Of a DNA stretch of 64,000 bases, positions 25,938 through 37,200 are shown one piece after another. Under the pieces are notes generated by a model that did no database searches, was not told the DNA's origin, and was given only the letters and a program-made list of their open reading frames with translations. Location: contig NMRA01000009.1 of NCBI GenBank assembly GCA_002633005.1, positions 915,169-979,168 of the forward strand, read 5' to 3'. Made by a program: the position numbers and the translations under genes. Position 1 is the first letter of the stretch. Every line of letters starts with the position of its first letter. Source of the stretch: Phoronis australis. Lineage: Eukaryota; Animalia; Phoronida.

Positions 25938-26228
25938 AGGGGGTTCTCCCATTCTAATGATTGGCAGGGATGTGCCAAAACTTGGGTGGCTATTTTTCGC
26001 TCTCAGGTATTGCCATGGGTGGTAAACTTGGCAGTTTTGAGGTATCGGTACTTGGCAGCTTAGAGGTATCATCTTGGGAGGGTGAAGATAATTGATGGCC
26101 AGGAAGGATTGGGGTTTTTTCATTGTTTGTTAATGTCTCGGGTACTTATGTTTGGCAACTAAGTTATTGGGTAGATTGTGGCTGCAAGGAGGCACATCCC
26201 TACCCATTATTTGGGAAAAAAAAACCCA
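25938..26228. mobile_element. Small MITE-like element
   Basis: GGGGGTTCTCCCA...GGCAGGGATGTGCC versus GGCACATCCCTACCC...TGGGAAAAAAAAACCC imperfect inverted ends. Confidence 0.4.
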
Positions 26229-26324
26229 CAACTCTGGTTTCCATAGTGTGATGAGGAGTCTTCCCTTGGATGCAGGTTACTTCACAGCAATGACTAATGC
26301 ATACTTATACATCGTATTCCACTA

Positions 26325-26441
26325 AAGCCATGCAGGTTTAGTGTCTGGCTCAAGTGCAAGACTACATGAGTTCAGCAGCAGACCCAGTAACTGAACCGAC
26401 GACCTTAGGGTTAAGTGTCCAACACACTCACCACTGAGTCA
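26325..26441 (-). mobile_element. tRNA-derived SINE remnant
   Basis: On the minus strand: TGACTCAGTGG (A box) ... GGTTCAGTTAC (degenerate B box) followed by CTTGAGCCAGACACTAAACC, resembling a conserved SINE central domain. Confidence 0.55.
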
Positions 26442-26581
26442 AACTGATATTGCTTATTTTCCTGTACGTGCACATTATCACAGGTATTACAACTTTGACA
26501 GCACTCTATTGGCAGCTCTATCACTTTCATAGATAGCTCATCTTCAAAACAATGGCTAGTCACCTCACCAAGCACATGTGA

Positions 26582-29500
26582 CTATGACACCAGCTCATCT
26601 CTGAATGCCAGACAAATGACTGCCTTTTGATGTCCACTGTAGTCTCGTTTAACTTCACCTGTTTCAACAGACCACAGTCGTGCCATGTTGTCAGATGAAC
26701 CTGAAACAAAACAGAAGTAATTTAATGATCAATCTGATCAAAAGTGACATTATTTTTTATTAGATCAAAAATTTGACAAGTGAACCATAGGGCTGTCCCA
26801 AAATAGTTGTATAAGTGACAAAAACGAGAATTGTAACAGACCATAGATTACATGACCATAGATTACATGACCATAGATCCCCCAAGTATGGTACTTGAAC
26901 TAAGGGGTGCTTACACCTTAAGGTTAGTTTCTCACTAGTGACGCTGCTAGGCAGAGGTTCTAGCTTTGAAGGCTATTTTAGAGAGACTTTCAGGATGAGT
27001 ACCAAGAATCCCTCCCTGAATGGACCCGCTGACGTCAAACTTGAGTTATTTGACTAATGGTTCAGGGCCCTGGAATTCTTTCTAGGAACACCGGCAAATG
27101 GCTACGATTCATGGTAATCCATCAGTCATCAGTCTCTCATAGAAAGAGTCAGGAGGCTCTTTTACTTTGGTAGAAATATTACAGGAAGTTTCTAGGATTT
27201 TTATGTTTTACTTATAATTTGCACATAACATGCATCTGACATTTAATTTTAGTTTTGTGTTTTATTAGCTGCAAGTGAAAAGCAATTGCAAACAATATAA
27301 AATTTTAGTTAAAATTTTTCCAAAACCAAAATTGAATATAAATGAAACCAGAAGACACAAAGTCACACTATACATACATGGCAACTGAAAATTGTATGAA
27401 ACAGATCACAAACTTCGTAATGGTAACAAAAAGTCCTGTATGTGAAACCTATTACAAAGTGCAATGGCAACGACAAAAATTACGCTGTAATTTCATAAAA
27501 TACTGAAATTTTTTTTATTGACTTTTAATCAGAAATGCCTGCTACTTCTTTCATCTAAAATTGTTTATAAGGGACAGCATCATTTTCACGGTCAAAAATG
27601 AAATTATTGTTGGATGGGATAGACTGTTGATTAAAGTTCTTAGCATTGACCACAGCAGTAAAACAACAAAATCTGTAACAGTTGTGTTTGTGATTTTATT
27701 AAAAATCGGTGTCCTTACTATTCAAATATGCCTAAAATACTCTTTCTATTTAATGTGTGGGATTTGTGTCAGTGGTACAGCATGACTGACATTGTGCAGC
27801 TTACAGGTTCGATTCTGCATTTCTCTTACTTTCTATAAAATTATCTACATTGACGAGAATGACCCTTAAAGAGGCTACAGAAGACAGTGAGATTCAACTT
27901 AACTCACTAGCGAGGACAGACATGCGCAGCTATTGACTGATGTAACGTCCTACCTGTAATTATATACTGAGAGTCACCACTGAAAGCACAGTCCCACACC
28001 CAACGTTGGTTTGTATCTTTAAGGTCCATCATTAACTGGAAGTCTGACGTTTTCCAGATTTTTACAGTTCCATCAGCAGATGTGGTGGCCAGTAACCTTA
28101 GTAACAGGAACAAACAAACAAACTGAAAACTAGGTTAAGCTTTTGTTTTACGTCAGTTACCAATATTTTCACGACATAAAAACACAGTATCTAACCAGAA
28201 AATAATTACAATAAATATTGAAAAAAAATAACTTGATGAAAAAGCACTTTCTTGAAAAATAATGTGCAATAAACATCTTTCAACATTACTTCTGCTTTCT
28301 ATTGTTACCAATTTGAAAATAAAAAATTTCAAATTTTAAATTTCTCTGTGCAGATAAAATACCTCATCACGCTTTATTTTCACATCACAACAGGAATACA
28401 GAGTCAGTAAACTTTTGAGTACAGATGACAACTAATTCATCAACCAACTCAAATGTCCAAGAATCGAACAGTGAACTCACGTAGAGTCAGGACTAAATGC
28501 GCACTTGAGCGCATACTTTTTATGAGCACTTATTTTTGTCTTTGGATGTAGTTGGGTGGGTTCATCTGCTCGCCCTCCTGACATGGTCCATATGAAGCAC
28601 TCTCCCTGAATACGTAAAACACAGTCAAATCAGATGATCATGACTAAAGACTGACAGAATTGGATTATCCTATCTCTTATTTGATTATCTTACGAATGCT
28701 AATATATGAGTGACTCTGTATTGACATAACTGTGCTCATGAAGAAAGACTTATTGTTTTATTATTTTGTCAGAAAAGACAGCTGTTTAACATCATGGACA
28801 CATTTGTGAGAAGAGGGTCCCACATGACCTGAATGCATGATTTTCTACAGGCTTGACTGTTATTTCGCTACTGCCACCTGTTGGTTTTGAGCTCTTTATT
28901 ATCAGAAGCAGACTGAGTGAGCAGGGACATGTACAGACAGCAAAGACTCATCTAGCATTCCAGGGACACCTGATATCAGAGACTCGTGTAGGATTTCAGA
29001 CTGAGACATCCCTCAGCAGGGACCCATCTAGGATTTCAGGCACACCCCACAGCAGGGACTCATCTAGGATTTCAGGGACATCCCACAGCAGCAACTCATC
29101 TAGGATTTCAAGGACATCTGACAGTAGGGTCTCATCTAGGATTTCAGGGACAGCTGACAGCAAAGATTCATATCGGATTTGAGGGACATCTGACAGCATC
29201 AGTTGCTGTACAACAAGTTTAGACAAGAACTGACCTTGTTCATACACACTATGAACAATTCAAATTGGTATCAAAACTGAGAATCAAAAAATATCACAAT
29301 TCCCCCTTAAATGCAAAAAACTGAAGATGAAATGACCTCTCATCATTGACAATCTGACGTTCAATGATATCAATTTAAACCTATTTGGACCATAGCTCAC
29401 TTGTTATTATGTAATATCTCACCTTGTTATTGACTGCGGCCATGTAAGTACCCTCACTGTCAATAGCTATAGACTGGACAGCAGCATCAGGTTCAGGGAT

Positions 29501-32500
29501 CTACAGTGAAATGGCTTTGAGATTATGCAACAAAGTTACGAAATCCATTATAGAGTTAACAACTTGTCGGTATAAAGGGATAAGGTAAATTTTGTTGTTT
29601 AATTGTTAAAATCTAATGCTCAAAAGAAAGTTTGTGGTTTATGTTAATGAGCAAGCCTATACAGAAATAATAATATAGATCGCAAACCTTTTTATGCCAG
29701 GTTTGCACGCCACCTGTTGGTCACATCCAAGACTCAGTGATGGCTCAGTGGACTAGAGCATTTGCACGGTTAGTAGAAGGTCCCAGGTTTAAGGCTTGAT
29801 CAAGGCAAAAAATCTTTTCAGACAAATATTCATTAGTGTCGAATACCAGTCAGGTCACATCCATGTAGTGAAATGAGAGTAGCAAGTAGGTCACCATAGT
29901 TGCAGACCTCCTACAGTTATGGTGATGACTTACTTACTATTCCCTGTATCTCTAGCTACTATCATCTCACTACATGGAAGTGACCTGACTGGCATTTGAC
30001 ACTTGCTATCTTATTGTATATATATTCCTGATGATGTCTTATGAATAGATGAAAGGTTTAATGAACATGAACTATTTTATTTGTGCTATGGCCAAAAAAG
30101 TGATGTAATATTCATTAGGTCATATGATGTGGCCAACAGGTGGTGTGTAGACCAGACTCAAAAATGTTTTGCGAAATAAAAAGCCTGTTTAAAATCAATA
30201 AAACAAGCAACACACTGTAGAATGTTTAATGACTCCAAAGAACTTACAAGTTGTTCATTGTGGTCCGTCTTGAGATCCCATATGTGTATTGCACCACTCT
30301 GATCACCAACTATCAGCTCACCCTGTAAAAGGCAAGGATTTCACTGACAAATAAATGGAGTGTTGTGTACATAACTATAACCATGGCATAAACAAAGGTT
30401 ACACAATGTGCCTAAAAAGAAACTTAAGTAAATTACATACCTCAACTGTCAACTATAAACAATTCTGCCAACCTCACAGCAATTATATTCCAATATATTT
30501 CAGGTACAACAATCGTGTCGATCTTCAGTCGTGTATGTGAAAAATTACGGTCTTCATGAGTCTTTGAATCTGAATTCGAATACAAAATGGCCGCCACCTC
30601 CGCCATTTTGAATCCCATCATGATGAAAAACAATAGGCTTCCATGACTTCTGGGTCTACAGGTTGTGTGTGAATTTCGTGCAAATATGACGAAAAATGCA
30701 ACCTGTAGAGTGCGAACAAAAAAAAAAAACTTGACGTCCGAGCAACATTCCGCCAAGTAATAATCAGAACTATGGTCAAAGCAAGCATACGGATCCCTTC
30801 CAACTCTCGCATTTATGCCTTACAGAGAGATGTAGTCATTTACTTAATGCGTATTCCTGTGTGACATGTGACATCTTGGATCAGGATCTTATTATATAAT
30901 ATAAGTCTAAACCAGTTTGCTTGTTTTACCAAAGTCTAAACCAGTTTGCTTGTTTTACCAGACTCACAAGATTTAGGAGTAGGGAACACAGTTAACAGTC
31001 CCACCTGATTTGGATTTAGGGACACACAATTAAAAGTCTCACCTGATTTGGGTGTAGGCAAACAAAGTTGACATTCTCACCTGATTTGGGTGTAGAGCCA
31101 CGCATTTAACAGTCTCACCTAATTTGGGTGTAGGAACACGCAGTTAACATTCTCACCCAATTTGGGTGTAGGGACACACATTCAACTGTCTCATCCGATT
31201 TGGGTGAAGGGACACACATTAATTAAACTGTCTCATCTGATTTGGGTGTAGGAACATGCACTTAACAGTCTCACCTGATTTGGGTGTAAGGACACACAGT
31301 TAACAGGAGCATTCACTTGGAAAATTCGCTGACAGTGCAGATTACGACTCCTGAAAAAACAATGAAATATGTAAAAGGGAGAATTTCAAACTATCAGAGA
31401 AACCAAACGTCAATTTAATAAACTGTTAACTTGTGCTTAAATCACTCTGAAGTGCAGCTTTAATGATGCAAAATTGTTCCCATACCCCAATGGGTTTAGA
31501 ATAATTGTATTTCAATGAATTAACCTCTACACTACTCATTGGCAGTATACCTTACCTTAGATCCCAAATACGAGCAGAACAATCCTCTCCGCCAGTAAAC
31601 ATCCACTTGCCATCCTCATGGAATCCAACAGCTGTCACATTTTTAGAAACACCATCATAATTTACCACAGGATTGGTTCCAGAGTTCAAATCGTACATGC
31701 GTATGTGTTGGTAGCCAGCAGCAGCGAGCATCTGTCTATCAGGTGTAATCTGCATACTATTGACTTGCTTAGTTTAAGTTAAGGATATTACATTGAGATG
31801 TCTCTATTGCTCTTTTAATCTATGAGTATGTAATAATTTGAAGCTGCATTTTTTCCCCAAAAACCAAGTTTAGTCCTTTACTGTCATAACAACAGTCTCA
31901 TGATATTTCTTACCATGGTGTGATTCTACTTTCAAGTGCATCAAAACCATCAACGATTCAAGAAAATACTTCAGTGTCTACTGGGTTTGGCCAATCATAA
32001 ATTTGTGAATTCCAAAATGGTGCACGTATGCATCGCTCGTGATGTGACTTGAACAGGTAATGGAAGTAGAATATCCTGTCAATGAAATTTTAAAGAGTCA
32101 TGGAACGCGAAAGCTTGTCAAAAATATCTTTTAAACAATTCCTGTCAAAAGTACCATCTCGCAACATCTAGTAGAGTAATTCACTTTCCACTGAGAGAAA
32201 ATTTCCAGAACATAATCACAAAATTCACAATATTTGAAATATGCACGAAGGAAAAACTCTGTGGTTAGTACAGAGTTTCTAACCACCCTCCCACTTATGG
32301 TAAATGACCGCATGCTCTCACAGTCAGTTGCTTGAAGTTGCTTGAGGTCAAAGGTAACATTTTCCATAAAAGGGAAATGTACTAAGTCTATGACTTGGCA
32401 TACCAAATAAGGAGACGTGCTTTGCCCCGTGGGAGAAAAATCAACATAGTGGCAAGCAGTTGACAGATCGTTTTTTTTTAATTTAAAACTAAAAGGAAAT

Positions 32501-34064
32501 GCTTTGATATCAACAGAGCTCAACATTAATGTTGAAATTTTTGGTTCAGGCATATTGAATTTATTTGAAGAAAATTAAAATACTTGAATTGATAGAGGAT
32601 GGTCAACAATGAAATAAAGCATTGAATTTATTTAACTATATTGCATAGTTACATACAACACAGCACGACTTTATCAAGGTCTAATGATCAACTTCCGTCG
32701 ACCAAGTCTCGAAGGGTTACAGTCTGTTTTCGTTCAGTGGTAAGGTGTTAACAGGGAATGAAATAATACTGAAAAGAAAAAAGACAGCAGAGATAAATGG
32801 TGTTAGAACAACAAGAGCAAAAAGTCAAGAGGTCACAAACAGAAAATAAGTAAGGTCCATCTGGGATAAAAAAATCGCGGACAGCGGTACGTATTCAGTA
32901 AATTTGGATGGTAGTGACTGACAGTGTGCTAATTCAGATGCAGATGAGCTCTGCTGTGCATGTCAGAAGTGGTCACAGCCACAGCTTTACACCTGCCTGT
33001 CACTGCCGGGTTATCGTGAGCTTTGAGAAGATGCCATTTTCCCAACAGCGACCACTGGACGGAAGATTTTATTGCGATTTTCATACCCTGAGGTGCCATA
33101 ACATTCTTTCCGTCATTATCACAGAGCCAAAGCTAGCATTCAGAAGAGTATCTACGTACCGGTACATCACATCATGTATTACAGATTCTTGAAAAGTTAC
33201 AAGAAGAGTATTAAGTAAACGAGATTCCATGTTATCCCTAATTTTCATGTTCTGGTTATTTTACTGCTTAAATTTTAAAATTATATATTTCCAGAAATGA
33301 AATTCTGATCCAATTTGAATTGATTTAAAAATTGATATTATACCAGTAAAACAGTCTGTGGTTGAACTAGAATTGTTATAAACCACTGTCCACTATTTTC
33401 TTGGCCTTTTTTGCATGTTTTTCTGTACTTACAAAAGGCGGCAGCATATAACGACCATGCATTGCTTGCTGGTTCCCTGCGTGCCGGCTACCAAGCAGCA
33501 CGCAGGAAACCAGCCAGCCATGCATTATAAAATGGCTGTCGAAAAGCAATGTACAACTCGGCATAAATTAGAGTAAACTTTCGAATCAACAAATACTATA
33601 TATTTGTGAGAGTTAAATCAAAACCTATTCCGAGCATAACTATGAAGTGGAATAATTCTGTGAGTATGACAACAATCCGGTTTTATGCTTAGGTGGACGA
33701 CCATTGCATATGCCATAGGTTTCCCCTGAGTGAGTGCAGGAATCATTGCAGATTCCTAGTCCTTGAATGGTTCTACTACGCATTTGATTGATCATACTAT
33801 GATAATTTCAGATTGGCTGTTGCCAGTAATGGTTTTCATTTAAAATGATTAAAAGTGTCGTAATGCGCATTTCAATAGATCATCATCAAAACTGACAAAA
33901 GTCAAGGTCAAGGTCAAGTCTCCTCAAGCCAAGGATACAGAATCAGGATGTTGAACTGTGCGGTGACAGATTCCACTATGGGCTTGCCAGAATCTGATCG
34001 TGTGATCATATCCGGCGGTCGCAAGGATCACGGGATCTCCAGTATTGTTGCTTCCACTGCTCAT
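26582..34064 (-). CDS. MLST8: Target of rapamycin complex subunit LST8 (WD40), 317 aa; exons 34064-33939, 31767-31556, 31350-31275, 30322-30248, 29500-29423, 28605-28481, 28096-27954, 26700-26582
   Basis: The spliced frame is continuous: [31 protein letters not shown]|[26 protein letters not shown]...[17 protein letters not shown]...[10 protein letters not shown]|[17 protein letters not shown]...[14 protein letters not shown]...[17 protein letters not shown]|SSDNMARLW...[15 protein letters not shown]. All junctions are GT-AG with compatible phases. Confidence 0.96.
28945..29200. repeat. Degenerate 30 bp minisatellite in MLST8 intron
   Basis: CATCTAGGATTTCAGGGACATC...ACAGCA units. Confidence 0.85.
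29680..30175. mobile_element. Foldback element with nested inverted repeats containing a tRNA-like segment (29741-29806)
   Basis: Outer IR CACGCCACCTGTTGGTCACATC / GATGTGGCCAACAGGTGGTGTG. Inner IR CCAGTCAGGTCACATCCATGTAGTGA / TCACTACATGGAAGTGACCTGACTGG. TGGCTCAGTGG A box and a degenerate GGTTTAAG B box. Confidence 0.6.
30962..31305 (-). repeat. 38 bp tandem array (~9 copies) derived from the 3' end of MLST8 coding exon 3 plus its 5' splice site
   Basis: Minus-strand unit GTTAACTGTGTGTCCTTACACCCAAATCAG|GTGAGACT equals exon end [10 protein letters not shown] plus donor. Confidence 0.9.
31768..33938 (-). other. U12-type (minor spliceosome) GT-AG intron in MLST8
   Basis: 5' splice site GTATCCTT (33938-33931). 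Branch site TCCTTAAC (31785-31778) lies 11-18 nt from the AG, with no polypyrimidine tract. Confidence 0.92.
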
Positions 34065-34213
34065 TTCTTTAAACTTATTTCCAATTAAAGTCGAGTTAAA
34101 GCAGGTGCTCGGCTCATTTTGTACGGAAGTAAATAAAGGCGCAATCAGGAGTTAAGATAACTTTCCTCGGTGATTGGTCCGATGTCTTGAAGCGACATCT
34201 ATCATAAGTGATA
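34065..34213. promoter_or_regulatory. Putative compact bidirectional promoter between MLST8 and CIAO3
   Basis: 149 bp between divergent ATGs. CCAAT at 34081, ETS/GABP-like CGGAAGT at 34124-34130, ATTGG at 34173. Locally CpG-rich. Confidence 0.6.
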
Positions 34214-37200
34214 ATGGCTTCTCGTTTCAGTGGAGCATTGCAACTTACGGATCTAGACGATTTTATTTCCCCTTCACAGGTGCCACAAGTTTTATCAAGT
34301 CTTTTCATGGTGTAGTCACCCGGTAGTAGATGCCGAGTCTTCTCAGTCTCTGTAACCGGGGTGTTTGTAAGTGGTTCTGGGCACTATGCCGTGATTCTGT
34401 GCAGCCAGGCAATTCATTCCCCTGGGCTGGATGCCGCAAGCCAACCGAGCTACGACTACGTGTTTTCTACTGCGCCGTCTCAAACTTCGACTTTACAGCA
34501 AAAATAGTAAAAGAACGATCTGCAGTAGCAGATCCGAGTGACGCTCGTACATTGACACTGCCGGACTGACAATACTGATTCTCACTCAGTTGCCTTAGAT
34601 GGTACAAAATCTGGACATATCTGTTTTGTCATTCAATCAGTCACTGCCTGCTGCCTGGTTAATTCTTGTTTTTAAATTACGTCATCCACTCACTTAGTCT
34701 TTGTGAAAAGCCTAACCCACGAATAAACCAGTCTGCTGTGGGTGAACTTAGAATCCTGCGTAATCTCAAGATCGCGTATAGTGCATGAACTTGGAATTGA
34801 CTATTCATTAAAGCAATCATGTGAATTTTTTGTTAGTGTTAGGAATTTTTGTTATTCAATTGTTATTGACATCACGATCACCCATTTCTTCCTTTACGTA
34901 ACTTGCGTCACCGACCGGAGGAATATGTGAATGGTTAAATCATTCTTTGTGAAGATTGCCAAAAGTTGAAAAGAGGTTGTGCAATTTGCAATAATTCATG
35001 TAATTTGATTCAGCACAGTGCCAATTTTTATCAATGTGAATGTGGTTATTTTGAGTGAATTTTTCAAGTTTGCTTACGTGTATTCCAAGTTCACGCATAC
35101 GCGATCTTGAGATTAAGCAGGATTCCAAGTTCACTCATAGCAGGACCACCTGCTCACTTTTTAGTATTGGACTTCCTTGCCCATGTTTAAATTTACCAGC
35201 AATTTTTGTTGCACACAAGCGGCATAAGGCCATATTCTCCTTTACAAACCTTTCTTGCTTATCAGTCTATGTCAAATCAATCTCTTTTCTACTTGCATTT
35301 GGCAAAATATTGAAACTCAAAATATGCCTGAGACAGTTGGCTCACCTGGACTAATGTTAACAGCTGGACTCAAGCTATCTTATGCTAACAGTAGCCCTTA
35401 TCATGCCATCTGTTTTGGAACAGTATCTGACTTGAGGAATTACTTTTGACAGAGTAATAGATGTACTATGAAACTGCTCACATCAAAACAAAACTATTCG
35501 TGGGCCAATTTTTCTACTTCAAAAACGAAATTTGAAGGTTTTCCTTAATTAAGACAGATATGCACAAACTTTTAAACATGGAAAAGTAAAAAATAATCGT
35601 GAATTTCAGTACAGCCAGGCAGCTGTGTGGTTTGTAACCCGCATCAAGAATCACATCATGCTGAGCATGCTTTCATTAGCACTGGGAATAACTGAGTAAA
35701 GTAGATATGTGCATGAGTTCAAAGGAAACCTCGATGGCCTTGCTGGCTACGGACAACGGAGAGGTTGTGTGTTTCCTTTTATATGCCTAATGGTGCCTCA
35801 TTAGCTTATGCAAACCCCATTTTCATTGGGCATCTCTTACACTAACAGGATTTGCATGCAAGTGAACGAGAAAGCGTGCACTGTTCACCTCAAAGTATCC
35901 ACCGAGTTATTCAATTCAAGAAAGGCTTGATGGCACTGTCACAGATTGAAGTTAGCTATTCATGGGATGGGCCCAATGTGTATTGAAGTTGGCTATTCAT
36001 GGGCTTGGCCCAATGTGTATTGAAGTTGGCTATTCATGGGCTTGGCCCAATGTGTATTGAAGTTGGCTATTTGTGGACTTGGCCCAATGTGTATTGAAGT
36101 TGGCTATTTGTGGGCTTGGCCCAATGTGTATTGAAGTTGGCTATTCGTGGGCTTGGCCCAATGTGTATTGAAGTTGGCTATTCATGGGCTTGGCCCAATG
36201 TGTATTGAAGTTAGCTATTCATGGGCTTGGCCCAATGTGTATTGAAGTTGGCTATTCGTTTGCTTGGCCCAATGTGTATTGAAGTTAGCTATTCTTGGGC
36301 TTGGCCCAATGTGTATTGAAGTTGGCTATTCGTGGGCTTGGCCCAATGTGTATTGAAGTTGGCTATTCATGGGCTTGGCCCAATGTGTATTGAAGTTAGC
36401 TATTCATGGGCTTGGCCCAATGTGTATTAAAGTTGGCTATTCGTGGGCTTGGCCCAATGTGCATTGATTCATATAACTGTGGTTGTAATCTGCCTGTTTA
36501 GCCTAGGCTTAGGTGTTGGTAACAAAACCCCGAGTGTTAGTGTTGAAGTTGCTGCATGTTTTTACCACATTTTGCACTTGACTGTTTCTGGAGAAGCTTA
36601 TTAGAATAACATATTTTCCTGGACTCGACAGAAGAAAACTCACTTGTTTCAGTCACAAAAGTGTGTACCTGGGATCGACACTCTATAACTTGACATTTCT
36701 GAAAGCACATCTTTAGAAGTCGTTTTGATTTCCTGATAAGTAGTAATTCAGTTGAGTTAAATTGGGAATTTTCTGTTCTTTTGAACACATATTTCTGCTT
36801 CAAAATTGCATTTTTTCAAAATTGGAAATTTTCCGGTCATGTGCTTCCTCTGCTACTTCCACTCATTCAAAAAAGCAAAATTTCGGGCACGTATGATTCT
36901 GTAAACAACTTGGCACGCCCGCACAATGCAAACTGTTTGCGTCTGAGACCTGAATGGAATTCAATGTAAGGGGTAAGACTGTTAAAAGCTTGTTTATTAG
37001 ATGAAAATTCTGAGTGTTTCTTTCGTGGGTACACTGGCGATCATGGGTACACTGACACTTCTTACAGAAAACTAGATCTCAACAGCGTGCTTTCGTTGCA
37101 GATAAACTTGCAGTTTCTGATGAATATTTATCGTTTTAGGAATGTGTAAAGCCTGTTAAAATAGAGAAGAAAGGTAAAACTGGAGCAATCAAGATTGGAG

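Noticed and set aside
29741-29806. Functional tRNA gene
   Set aside because: Degenerate B box and no convincing cloverleaf; better explained as a SINE head or pseudo-tRNA.
35945-36467. CRISPR-like array (37 bp repeats); likewise 19315-19700 and 7860-8190
   Set aside because: Units are head-to-tail with no unique spacers, there are no cas genes, and the context is eukaryotic. These are minisatellites.
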